Origin: Ignavibacteriota bacterium
GTDB taxonomy: Bacteria; Bacteroidota; Ignavibacteria; UBA10030; UBA6906
Direction: 5' to 3'
Assembly (NCBI GenBank): GCA_963801355.1
Contig: CAWDEM010000008.1
Location: 1,088,001-1,152,000 of the forward strand
DNA length: 64,000 bases
Part shown: positions 9,526-18,442 of the stretch, piece after piece
Numbering within the stretch: position 1 is the first letter of the stretch
Layout: the number at the start of each line of letters is the position of its first letter
Program-made: the position numbers and the translations under genes
Notes under the pieces: generated by a model
Told to the model about the DNA's origin: nothing
The model's database searches: none
What the model saw: only the letters and a program-made list of their open reading frames with translations

Positions 9526-9939
9526 TCAACGGGACACTGTCACGCTGAACCACACGGAATTCCTGGGTGGATCATTCGGCAACCAACCTTGTCGCTCGAC
9601 CAGTTCAACGGCGCACTGACCTGGTTTTGTTCCTCGGAAATAAAACGTCTCGACAGTCATGCCCCCACACAAGTTCCAGTTGCCGCTTTTCGGCCGATAG
9701 CTCGTGCTGTCCAATTGAAAGACGGCTGGATCGCTGATCTTGTGATACCAGGAGTATCCGGCATCGGCATTCAAGTCCAACTCCAACACAAATGAACCGT
9801 TGGGTTTGAGGAAGATACTTTTGCCATTGACAGATGAGCCCGACGGTGCTTCAGAATCCACGGGCACGCCAAGATCGCAACCGGAGAATAGCAGGACGAG
9901 CAACAGCAGAGTGTGGATGGTTTCCGATGAATGTCTCAT
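9526..9939 (-). CDS. Chagasin/I42 cysteine-protease inhibitor family lipoprotein
   Basis: Lipobox FSGC; F.LELD.NA.AGYSW, GG..VETF.F, RQGW loops corresponding to NPTTGY.W / G.GG / RPW. Confidence 0.7.
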   Translation of the reverse strand: MRHSSETIHTLLLLVLLFSGCDLGVPVDSEAPSGSSVNGKSIFLKPNGSFVLELDLNADAGYSWYHKISDPAVFQLDSTSYRPKSGNWNLCGGMTVETFYFRGTKPGQCAVELVERQGWLPNDPPRNSVWFSVTVSR

Positions 9940-10017
9940 ATCAAGACGCCCCCCTTTCCTCCGCAATCTTCGCTTTGTGCAGCCGGTCAAATCGACCCGG
10001 CGAGAACCCCGGGGTTC

Positions 10018-11058
10018 TCATATGATGTCAAATCGATATATTCGTCCTGTAAAGGTTAGAGCCCAGCAGGTGGACTGATCAACCAAACAGATGTCCACAA
10101 ATAGGGCATGAGGTAATGCGAGCTGATAGGTCCAGTGTTCCCCTCCGTCTTCCGTGTAGAGAATCCCAGCAGAACTCGCCCCCCATCCAACGCGGTCATT
10201 CAAAAATGCGACTGCCCTGATGAACTCATTCTCGGGAGTTCGTTGAACAGTCCATGTCTTCCCCGCATCCGTTGTGCAGATCACAGGCGTCGGATGGACG
10301 ACAGTCCCGCCGAGGCCCGTAGTCCCCGCAATCCATCCCTTGAATCGGTTGACGAAACAGATATCATCAAAAATTGCAACGACCTGGGAACCGTAGTCGA
10401 GAGAGTCGAGCAATAGTGACTTCCAGTTGTTCCCGGCATCTGTCGTATGCAATACCACCCTGTTCGTAGCGGTTGCCCATCCTTCCTGAGAATCCAGGAA
10501 CTGAACCGATGTGATGCCCCAGCTTGTACCGCTGACTTGCGGGACCCATGTCGAGCCCCCGTTTTCGGTGTGCAGTATCCCACCGAAATTGTCCACCACC
10601 CATCCCGCATTTTCGTCGACGAATGACATGGCCATGAATGTTCTGCGAGATTCGCCGGCGGGTCGATGCCACGTCCATGTAGCTCCGCCATCCGTGCTGA
10701 CTCCGAGCGAGTTGTCCGCCCCTCCAATCCAACCTTTTTGCGGACCAGGATAGTCTACCCAACCTTTCCGCGGATTCGGGAAGTTGACACACTTCAGAGA
10801 GACAAGCGTTCCACTTTGTTGAGCGTGCCATGAATTCCCGCCATCGCTCGTGATGAGAACTCTCCCGGAGTCGCCGACGGCCCATCCGTTGTTCCGGTCA
10901 GCAAACCACAGGCCGTTGAAATAGCCCGTTTGAGCTTCGCGAACCAGCTTCCACTCGCTCAGTGTCGGATCCGGCCCCGTAAGACGCGAGCATCCTGCGC
11001 TCAGCACCAACAGGCCGATACACAGAAGGATCTTCGTCGTGTGATTCACTTGCGACAT
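10018..11058 (-). CDS. YCF48/BNR-repeat beta-propeller lipoprotein
   Basis: Lipobox SAGC; repeated F.D...GW....G....T.DGG..W. Confidence 0.8.
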   Translation of the reverse strand: MSQVNHTTKILLCIGLLVLSAGCSRLTGPDPTLSEWKLVREAQTGYFNGLWFADRNNGWAVGDSGRVLITSDGGNSWHAQQSGTLVSLKCVNFPNPRKGWVDYPGPQKGWIGGADNSLGVSTDGGATWTWHRPAGESRRTFMAMSFVDENAGWVVDNFGGILHTENGGSTWVPQVSGTSWGITSVQFLDSQEGWATATNRVVLHTTDAGNNWKSLLLDSLDYGSQVVAIFDDICFVNRFKGWIAGTTGLGGTVVHPTPVICTTDAGKTWTVQRTPENEFIRAVAFLNDRVGWGASSAGILYTEDGGEHWTYQLALPHALFVDICLVDQSTCWALTFTGRIYRFDII

Positions 11059-11072
11059 GACGTCAAATACCC

Positions 11073-11564
11073 CTATCTGGTCTGAAAAAGGTAAAGTGTG
11101 TCCAGATTAGGGATGGAGAACGCCAAACACTTGTATCGCCCGAATGAGGGGACGCCCAAACCGTATGTGAATTGAACAAGCCAGGCATCTCTCCCATTGA
11201 ATGTCGCTCTCTCGGCATAGGTAGGCAAGATATACTCCCCGGGATTCTTGCAGCCGGCCCGCGTCAGTATTTTATCCATGATCGACACATCTTCGCGCAG
11301 CGCGGTAATCCTGGCGAGCATGTTGTCGACGAGATGCGTCCTTCGCTGCTCGGTATAGTTCTTGCTGAACGCCGAAGCGATATTGTGCAATGAGACGGTG
11401 TCCGGGAAGAGTTTTCGAAGGCTTTCGTGGTCGTAATTCGTAGTCGACACCCTGACGGTCACTTCAACGCCGTCTGCGACATCTATCGGACCGAGGTCAT
11501 TGCACCTCACGGAAATAAAGAGGAGGAAAGTCAAGACACCCAGGATGCCGGCAGACGGTTTCAA
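11073..11564 (-). CDS. Hypothetical exported or lipoprotein
   Basis: Signal-like N-terminus; tightly packed with neighbours. Confidence 0.55.
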   Translation of the reverse strand: MKPSAGILGVLTFLLFISVRCNDLGPIDVADGVEVTVRVSTTNYDHESLRKLFPDTVSLHNIASAFSKNYTEQRRTHLVDNMLARITALREDVSIMDKILTRAGCKNPGEYILPTYAERATFNGRDAWLVQFTYGLGVPSFGRYKCLAFSIPNLDTLYLFQTR

Positions 11565-11609
11565 TGAATTAGGCTCCTACTATCAAAACGCACAAGTCGG
11601 CCCTATCCC

Positions 11610-12119
11610 CTAATCCACGCCGAGGTCCTTTGTCGTTTTCCGAACCCAGCGTGGAGCCGAATCGGTCTTCTGCCTGAGTATCAGATTCAGCTGGCCGGTA
11701 TGATGCTGGACGTGCCGCATGTTGTAGAGCAGAAGCTCCGCCACACTGAGTTCCAGCCAGCTGAAGCCGCAACGTCGGTTCGCTAGCTCTTCTGTCAGGG
11801 CTGCAATAGTTGCACGACATTTTTCGCGCCCATGCTCCAGGTACTTCTGCAGCTCGTCTTTCGTGTACACCCGGTCGGGTAACAATCCGCGCTCATCGAG
11901 TTCGTCGAGCGTGAAGGGAGAGGGAGGTGAAAACCCAGTCTCAGATTCGGATAAGTAGCAGTCCAGATAGAAGAGTGTGTGGAACGCCACGTACCAGAAC
12001 TCCGGCTGCTTGGAACGATCCCCCCAGACCGCTTCGGGGCATACGCGCATTGCGTTTTCCAGCATATCGATCGCTGCCCCGAATTGCTGCCAGATCAGTG
12101 TCTTCCAGGTCGTGTCCAC
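11610..12119 (-). CDS. DinB family protein
   Basis: GTG start with AAGGAG SD; FWYVAFHTLFYLD and YNMRHVQHHTGQLNLILRQ His motifs. Confidence 0.85.
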   Translation of the reverse strand: MDTTWKTLIWQQFGAAIDMLENAMRVCPEAVWGDRSKQPEFWYVAFHTLFYLDCYLSESETGFSPPSPFTLDELDERGLLPDRVYTKDELQKYLEHGREKCRATIAALTEELANRRCGFSWLELSVAELLLYNMRHVQHHTGQLNLILRQKTDSAPRWVRKTTKDLGVD

Positions 12120-12171
12120 TTGAGGCTCCTTTTTAGCGTGCTCAGAACCACCGATGTCAGAAAGGTTTCCG

Positions 12172-12564
12172 TCACGTCGGATGAGTGACGGCTTTCCGCT
12201 CAGTGAGGAGTACTCCGATGAATCCCAGCGCAAGAAGGAACTCGATCGCTGCGGTCACAAGAATACCCGATCCTGCGCGCCCAGCGGTGAATTCGTAGAC
12301 TCCAAGTACGACCAAGAATGACAATGCGACCAGCGTTCCGGCACTAAGAGCCTTGCGGGCAACCGACACGGGCGCGGACCTGGCAAGGAAATACATGAGC
12401 GAAAGACCAAGATAAACTCCCCCTATTCGTCTCCCAACCAGTAGAACGCTGTCCGTAGGCTCGAGTTGCCAGCGTCCCAACACGAGCGATCCGGCGAACA
12501 GGTACCCAACACCGAGCACCAAAGTAACAATGCCTGTAATGACTGCCATGGTCTTGAAGTTCAT
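12172..12564 (-). CDS. Small four-helix membrane protein
   Basis: AAGGAG SD; four hydrophobic segments. Confidence 0.6.
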   Translation of the reverse strand: MNFKTMAVITGIVTLVLGVGYLFAGSLVLGRWQLEPTDSVLLVGRRIGGVYLGLSLMYFLARSAPVSVARKALSAGTLVALSFLVVLGVYEFTAGRAGSGILVTAAIEFLLALGFIGVLLTERKAVTHPT

Positions 12565-12685
12565 GGCGTCTCCTTTCGATTCTGCTTTGACGGCTGACCT
12601 GTGCTGACGTCTGAGAGTACTCACAAACTACGAGATTGTCAATTCCGTGAATGGCAGTCCTTCACCGTTTGTCCTTTACCGATCC

Positions 12686-12745
12686 TCAGGGGGGCATCTC
12701 AGGGGGGCATCTCGGGGGATGGCATCTCGGGGGATGGCATCCCCG
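12686..12745. repeat. Short tandem repeat (GGCATCTC(A/G)GGGG(GAT)), about 4 copies, in a divergent intergenic region
   Basis: ctcaggggggcat ctcaggggggcat ctcgggggatggcat ctcgggggatggcat cccc. Confidence 0.8.
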
Positions 12746-12833
12746 CAGAGCGTTTCTTGCATTTCACGATCCCGATGCATATTATTTCCGCATAGGCACT
12801 CCACACTCGACTCACAATCCGCGCCGGATCCCC

Positions 12834-13778
12834 ATGAAAACCCTCATCTGTTTCACTGCCCTACTGCTCATCTCGGCACCATTACAGGCCCAGTCACCGG
12901 TCAAAAAGGACCTCATGAAGCTCCTGGGCGAGGTTCCAACTCCTCCCCCCAATGCAAAGGAAGCCTATCGCGGGGTGACCTGTGAAGAATCGGCCATGAA
13001 CACTCTGACGTGCACCGCCGCAAAGAAATTTGAGGCTGTCGACGCCCAGCTCAAAGAAATCGAGGCCAAATACAAGGCACAGGAGGCTGAGCTAAAGGGC
13101 GCCGTGCCCCCGGGCATGTCACCGGACCTTGCGAAGCGGGCACAGGATCCGGAGTTCAAGAAGAAAATGAAGGGCATGAGCAAGGAAGAGAAGATGAAGA
13201 TGGCGATGGAGATGATGGGCTCCGGGCAGGTGGCCGCCCCCACCGTGGAACCAGAACCTCCTGCAGTGAAAAGCGCGGTTGACGAGTTGTTCAAAATAAA
13301 TGCCGGAACCCAGGAGGAGTACAATCGGTCGGTCGCTGAACAGGAGGCTGACCGGAAAGCGGAACAGGAGTACCTCGCGGCGCATCAGCAGGTCGGCACC
13401 TGGGAAGCCGATGCGATTGCCAAGCTCCCCAGAATCAGCAGCGGAGAAATGAGCGCCCCTGACCCCGCCCAGGTGAAGGTAGTCCGCCTGAAGGCCAACG
13501 ATCGTCACATCAGCGTAGTGGACCGGCGTCTCGCGCAACTCAGCAAAGAGTGGCCCGCGCGGAAGGCGCACATCACCGCCCGCTACGGCGTATTCCACGA
13601 AAAACTCGTTGCGGCGGACTATGCTGCAGGGGCAAAGAATTTCTCGACCAGGAAGACCCTCTCCGACGTACAGATAACTTTGTTGACGTCCATCGGCGGG
13701 ATCGCGCAGCAGTCACGCCATGCCTATGAGGAAGCAGCACACTGGGTGGCTCTTCGCAAGCAGATCGAAAAGGAATGA
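12834..13778 (+). CDS. Hypothetical secreted alpha-helical protein
   Basis: Signal peptide MKTLICFTALLLISAPLQA; Met/Lys-rich helical core. Confidence 0.7.
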   Translation: MKTLICFTALLLISAPLQAQSPVKKDLMKLLGEVPTPPPNAKEAYRGVTCEESAMNTLTCTAAKKFEAVDAQLKEIEAKYKAQEAELKGAVPPGMSPDLAKRAQDPEFKKKMKGMSKEEKMKMAMEMMGSGQVAAPTVEPEPPAVKSAVDELFKINAGTQEEYNRSVAEQEADRKAEQEYLAAHQQVGTWEADAIAKLPRISSGEMSAPDPAQVKVVRLKANDRHISVVDRRLAQLSKEWPARKAHITARYGVFHEKLVAADYAAGAKNFSTRKTLSDVQITLLTSIGGIAQQSRHAYEEAAHWVALRKQIEKE

Positions 13779-14114
13779 TCCTCAGGGTCCGGTGATGAAT
13801 ACCGGGCCCTTCTGTTCAACTTCATCAACCAGCGTCTATCGGACGAGGAGGAGCTTCTTCGTGTCAATATATGGGCCTGCTCCGTTCTTGGAGTCTCGCC
13901 CGACGGCGGAGTCCAGAGGGCGGATCTGCATCCTACACAGGTAGACGCCGCTTGCGAGCCCCGACGCATCGAACTTCAACTTGTGCACCCCCGCCTCCTT
14001 GCTCTCATCCACCAACACCGAGACCTCCCGACCGAGAATGTCGTAAACGACGAGCCGCACCATGCCGGCCACCGGCAACTGATAGCTGATGACTGTCGTC
14101 GGATTGAACGGGTT
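13727..14114. repeat. Direct repeat A, copy 1 (about 388 bp; copy 2 at 18055-18442)
   Basis: Covers a gene 3' end, the terminator and the CTD; about ten mismatches by eye. Confidence 0.9.
13784..13816. terminator. Hairpin terminator between convergent genes; duplicated at about 18112-18144
   Basis: agggtccggt-gatgaat-accgggccct-tctgtt. Confidence 0.65.
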
Positions 14115-17100
14115 GGGGTAGTTCTGTGCCAGCATGTACTCTGAAGGCGTGCCCGCAACGCCCCCCGGGGCCGAGGAAAGTGGGCTGGACCATCCCTGCC
14201 GCCATTGGACATCTTTCTGGTTGCCGTTGTTCTTGTTGGGTGACCTGTCCGCCACCAGGCTCCCGCTACCCTCATCGAAACGCCAGTTACCTACGAGGCC
14301 GGCTTCGTCTCCACGAAGTGTATCATGCATTGCGGCTTGTATTTCCGACTGCGTTCTGGCTATGTTCCAGATTCTCAGCTCGTCGATCATTCCATCAAAC
14401 GTCCGCGTGCGGTCGCTGTTGTTTCCGATGACGAGCGGACTGGAAGAACTGCTAATCAGGGGTCCATTGATTGGATCGGGCACATTGAGATTCTGTGGAA
14501 TTCCGTTGACGTAGACCTTCAGATCGCTCGTGGTCCCGGAGTAGCTGGCGGCAATGTGCTGCCAGTCGTTGAGCGTGATCGAGCCGAGTGAGGTGTTCGT
14601 TCTTGAGCTGGTGCCATTGGAGTGATCGATGCTGACCACCAGCATTCCGCCGGTCTCGAGGAAAACGAGAAGATTGTTCTTGTTGATGACCCTGCCGAAG
14701 CCGCTCCCCGCTTCTCCCCATCCGATGGGATGGATCCAGGCTTCGACCGTGAATGCGCTCGTCACATTAAGGCTCGCGGCCGCCGGGACATCAACATAAC
14801 TGTTCTTGCCGTCGAACTTGAGCGAGCTGTTGCCGTCGAAGACATGTACAAAACCATCCCTCGTCCGCTCCGAAAAGGAAGCCCCTCCCCCTGACCGCAG
14901 TTTCACGGTGTAGGTGCCCGGTGATGCGTAAAGGTGGTTGGGGTTCTGAGTCGTTGCGTCCATCATTCCGTCGTTCTCAAAGTCCCATTCCCAGGCTGTC
15001 ACAGGAAGGTTTGACACTGTCCCGTCATTGAACGTGACAGAGAGCGGCGCATGCCCTGTAGCCACGGCAGAACGGAAATCCGCGACCAGGTAGTCGAGAT
15101 CGACCTGCAGGCCAAAAAACCGGGCTACTTTAAGCAGGAGTCCGTACCGGTTGCTCAACGTGTCTTTGTCGACGAGTTCCGCGAGCGCGTAGGAAGAATA
15201 GAAGGTCTTTTGCCCGAAGCTCCCCTCATTCTGCACTGCAACTGTCCCGTAGCCTGTCTCTACAAATGCAGCGACCGCGGTTCCGGTGGGGGTGAATCGT
15301 CCAATGTAACTAAACGCGGTCTGGTTCGACGCAGTGAACGTCATGCCCGCTGTCAGCGCGTTCGGCTGGCCTACGAGGGCCGACAAGGGCGATTTCGCAG
15401 CCGTTCCCACGTTCAGTCCGGTGAGTCCGAAGAGTCCCACCAGAGTGGGGTCGTCGTCCTGATCGGCGGTCAACGAACCGCTCCCTTCCAGATAGACTTT
15501 TCCTCCACCCTGCAGGTAGCTCTTCACGGTGACGGCCATGCTATCGTCGAACAGGCGCAGAAAGCTCCCGACTGTTCCGTAGGAGAGGAACGCCGCGCTG
15601 AATCCTTCGAGAGTTGTGGGGAACGAGTTGGAGTACACCACCGGTACTCCCTTCGATTCGAAGAGGTCGGCTGTGAATCGCCCGCTGAAGTCTCGAGCCT
15701 CGGGAATGGCCTCCCAAACGAAGACCCCTGGACCTGAAACAAACACAGGTACCTCAAGCGAGCTCCCGTAAGCGACAGGCACATCCGAGGCCACCTGAAG
15801 GATCAATGAGGATGTGTGAGAGTGGGCCGTAGGCGAGACGAGCACTTGAAACGTATGTTCCAATTGGGAATTCCCATCAGGGGCGATGGAATCGACGGCC
15901 ACCGGGTTCAGGATCTGGAACGCAGAATCAGCGGACGTAAGAGTGAACGTCGCATTGTTCGTGGAAACGAGATGCGCGAAGTTCCTGATCGTGAATTGGA
16001 ACGAAGCCGTGTCACCCGGAATTAAGGTTCGAACGTACCTAATGTTGAAGTACTGAGGGCCCGGGACAAGATCCAACCTCAACGCTTGCTGCATTGTGGC
16101 CGTTGTTTCGCTCAGCGCCCGAAAGGCATTGATTCGCCCGGCACCGAGGGGGACACTGTTGACGGATGATATATCATCTGCAGTGGCAAGGAGCTGCCGG
16201 ATGATGCGATCATTGTCCCACGTCGGCCGGTACGATTTGATCAGCCCCAGCAGGCCCGCTACGAGGGGACCTGCCATTGATGTTCCCTGTTCGCGAATAT
16301 ATGTGCCATTCGGTCCCGCACTCAGGATCCCACCGTCATTCATCGATGAAAGCATCCCCCCCGGAGCGGCGATGTCTACAGCGATCCCGTAGGTTGAGTA
16401 TGTGGCCCTTCGGTCATCAACTCCTACGCTTGCGACTGAGATGACATGTGGATAGGCTGAAGGATATTGGAGGAATGCGTTGTTCTCGTTGCCGGCGGAG
16501 GCCACGAAGATGGCTCCCAGACCATGCACGTATGCGACCACATCTTCTCCGAATCGCGTATAGGTCGGACTCCCCCAGCTGTTATTGATGATGTGCGCTC
16601 CGTTTTCCACGGCATATACGACCCCGTCGTACGGGTTGGGCAGATTGCTGCCATTCCACGAGCTGATCGGCATCACCTTCACGTTCCAGCTGATGCTCGC
16701 AATGCCGCTTCCATTATTCGTTACACCGGCAGCAATGCCTGCGACATGAGTTCCGTGGGCCTGACCGGTGTTGGGATCATTGTCATCGCCGTAGACATCC
16801 CAACCTATCAGATCATCGCGGCGCCCGTTGCCATCGTCATCTACGCCGTTCAGATCCCCCGGGTCCATTATCCATCTCGTTCCGTTGAATTCCAGCGTCC
16901 GGCCGTCGTGATCTGCATCCTCCCCTTTGTTCTGCCAAATATTCTCCGCGAGGTCCGGATGATACCATTCCGTGCCGGCATCAACTACGGCAACGACGAT
17001 CACGGAGTCGCCGAGGTCCCCTTTGTGAATAGCCCAGGCCTGTTCGGCCTGAATTTGCGGGAGATGCTGAAGTTGCGCGTAGAGTGAGTCGTTCGGGATG

Positions 17101-17519
17101 TCATCAGGATAAAAACACGGGATCGGTTCCGCATACTCGATTCCTGGATCGGCTCCGAAGGCTTCCACAACTTCACGAAGGTTTTGTACAGGAGGGAACG
17201 ATATGCGGCTGATGCGGGAGAGGTCCGGGAGGTTGGGTCCGGTCCGGACGCGCGATTGGTGAAACATCCGCTCAACCGCTGTCACCCGGTAGCGCGCGCA
17301 CAGCGCATCGACAGAGGGAACGCCAGTCAGTGCAATACTCCCCGGTTTTGCCAGGCCGCCTATCACCTGCCTGAACTTGACGGCAATGACGCCACTCTGG
17401 TAGAGCGGCCTTCCCCTCTCGTCTTTCGCAACAGAGTTATCCTGAGAGAGGGCAGGCCCATCCGCCAGAAAGAACAGAAAGCCACAGAAGACTCCCCATC
17501 GACAGTTCACGTGCAGCAT
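13836..17519 (-). CDS. S8 subtilase with PKD, LamG-like and T9SS CTD domains
   Basis: Catalytic triad VAVVDAG / HGTHVAG / GTSMAGP; PKD WEWDF..DG...NP.H.Y..PG.YTV.L; LamG WQHIAASY...IDELRIWN; AAGGAGG SD. Confidence 0.9.
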   Translation of the reverse strand: MLHVNCRWGVFCGFLFFLADGPALSQDNSVAKDERGRPLYQSGVIAVKFRQVIGGLAKPGSIALTGVPSVDALCARYRVTAVERMFHQSRVRTGPNLPDLSRISRISFPPVQNLREVVEAFGADPGIEYAEPIPCFYPDDIPNDSLYAQLQHLPQIQAEQAWAIHKGDLGDSVIVVAVVDAGTEWYHPDLAENIWQNKGEDADHDGRTLEFNGTRWIMDPGDLNGVDDDGNGRRDDLIGWDVYGDDNDPNTGQAHGTHVAGIAAGVTNNGSGIASISWNVKVMPISSWNGSNLPNPYDGVVYAVENGAHIINNSWGSPTYTRFGEDVVAYVHGLGAIFVASAGNENNAFLQYPSAYPHVISVASVGVDDRRATYSTYGIAVDIAAPGGMLSSMNDGGILSAGPNGTYIREQGTSMAGPLVAGLLGLIKSYRPTWDNDRIIRQLLATADDISSVNSVPLGAGRINAFRALSETTATMQQALRLDLVPGPQYFNIRYVRTLIPGDTASFQFTIRNFAHLVSTNNATFTLTSADSAFQILNPVAVDSIAPDGNSQLEHTFQVLVSPTAHSHTSSLILQVASDVPVAYGSSLEVPVFVSGPGVFVWEAIPEARDFSGRFTADLFESKGVPVVYSNSFPTTLEGFSAAFLSYGTVGSFLRLFDDSMAVTVKSYLQGGGKVYLEGSGSLTADQDDDPTLVGLFGLTGLNVGTAAKSPLSALVGQPNALTAGMTFTASNQTAFSYIGRFTPTGTAVAAFVETGYGTVAVQNEGSFGQKTFYSSYALAELVDKDTLSNRYGLLLKVARFFGLQVDLDYLVADFRSAVATGHAPLSVTFNDGTVSNLPVTAWEWDFENDGMMDATTQNPNHLYASPGTYTVKLRSGGGASFSERTRDGFVHVFDGNSSLKFDGKNSYVDVPAAASLNVTSAFTVEAWIHPIGWGEAGSGFGRVINKNNLLVFLETGGMLVVSIDHSNGTSSRTNTSLGSITLNDWQHIAASYSGTTSDLKVYVNGIPQNLNVPDPINGPLISSSSSPLVIGNNSDRTRTFDGMIDELRIWNIARTQSEIQAAMHDTLRGDEAGLVGNWRFDEGSGSLVADRSPNKNNGNQKDVQWRQGWSSPLSSAPGGVAGTPSEYMLAQNYPNPFNPTTVISYQLPVAGMVRLVVYDILGREVSVLVDESKEAGVHKLKFDASGLASGVYLCRMQIRPLDSAVGRDSKNGAGPYIDTKKLLLVR

Positions 17520-17931
17520 GACACACCTCCTTTGGAAATCCGCGGAAATTGGGAGTGAGTTCTGCCATCGATGACAGTGGCAAGAGTGAGGAGATCGGAA
17601 CAAGAAATCGGGATGAAGGCGTTCGTGAACCGACGAATATATAGAGAAGACGGACGCAGAACGATTTCTTGAGGGACAGCTGGGGAAACGGTATTGCCCG
17701 CGCGGTAAGACCTTCTTTTCGGCTACCCCTTGTGGAGGTACGATTCGTCAAGAACGATAGCCCGTTGAGCACAGATCCTTTCGAGATTGCCTGTGAAGAC
17801 CTCTCAGGGAAGCCGGGAGAGGCTCGTCAGCAATCGCCCTGCAAAGAACAGCAACAGAATAAACCGCAGACTCACAATAGTATGTACAACCGCTAACAGA
17901 TCATATTTGTTCCCCGAGGGAAGAAAGCCGA

Positions 17932-18106
17932 CCAAATACAAGGAACAGGAGGCTGACCGGAAATCGGAGCAGGAGTACCTCACCGCGCATCAGCAGGTCG
18001 ACACCTGGGAAGCCGATGCGATTGCCAAGCTCCCCAGCATCAGCAGCGGAGATTTGAGGAAGCAGCACACTGGGTGGCTCTTCGCAAGCAGATCGAAAAG
18101 GAATGA
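17932..18106 (+). pseudogene. Deleted duplicate remnant of the 12834-13778 gene
   Basis: Mosaic of 13066-13090, 13340-13452 and 13727-13778. Confidence 0.85.
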
Positions 18107-18442
18107 TCCTAAGGGTCCGGTGATGAATACCGGGCCCTTCTGTTCAACTTCATCAACCAGCGTCTATCGGACGAGGAGGAACTTCTTCGTGTCAATATAT
18201 GGGCCTGCTCCGTTCTTGGAGTCTCGCCCGGCGGCGGAGGCCAGAGGGCGGACCTGCATCCTACAGAGGTAGACGCCGCTTGCGAGCCCTGACGCATCGA
18301 ACTTCAACTTGTGCACCCCCGCCTCCTTGCTCTCATCCACCAACACCGAGACCTCCCGACCGAGAATGTCGTAAACGACGAGCCGTACCATGCCGGCCGC
18401 CGGCAACTGAAAGCTGATGACTGTCGTCGGATTGAACGGGTT
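18055..18442. repeat. Direct repeat A, copy 2
   Basis: Offset 4328 bp from copy 1. Confidence 0.9.

Noticed and set aside
8500-12600. Run of short co-oriented genes resembling integron cassettes, with a perfect 18-bp palindrome at 10002-10019
   Set aside because: I found no recurring RYYYAAC...GTTRRRY attC structure between the genes and no integrase. The palindrome is a single case.
13727-18442. Near-identical repeat pairs at gene 3' ends as possible DGR template and variable regions
   Set aside because: Mismatches are not adenine-specific, both copies are coding, and there is no reverse transcriptase in the window.
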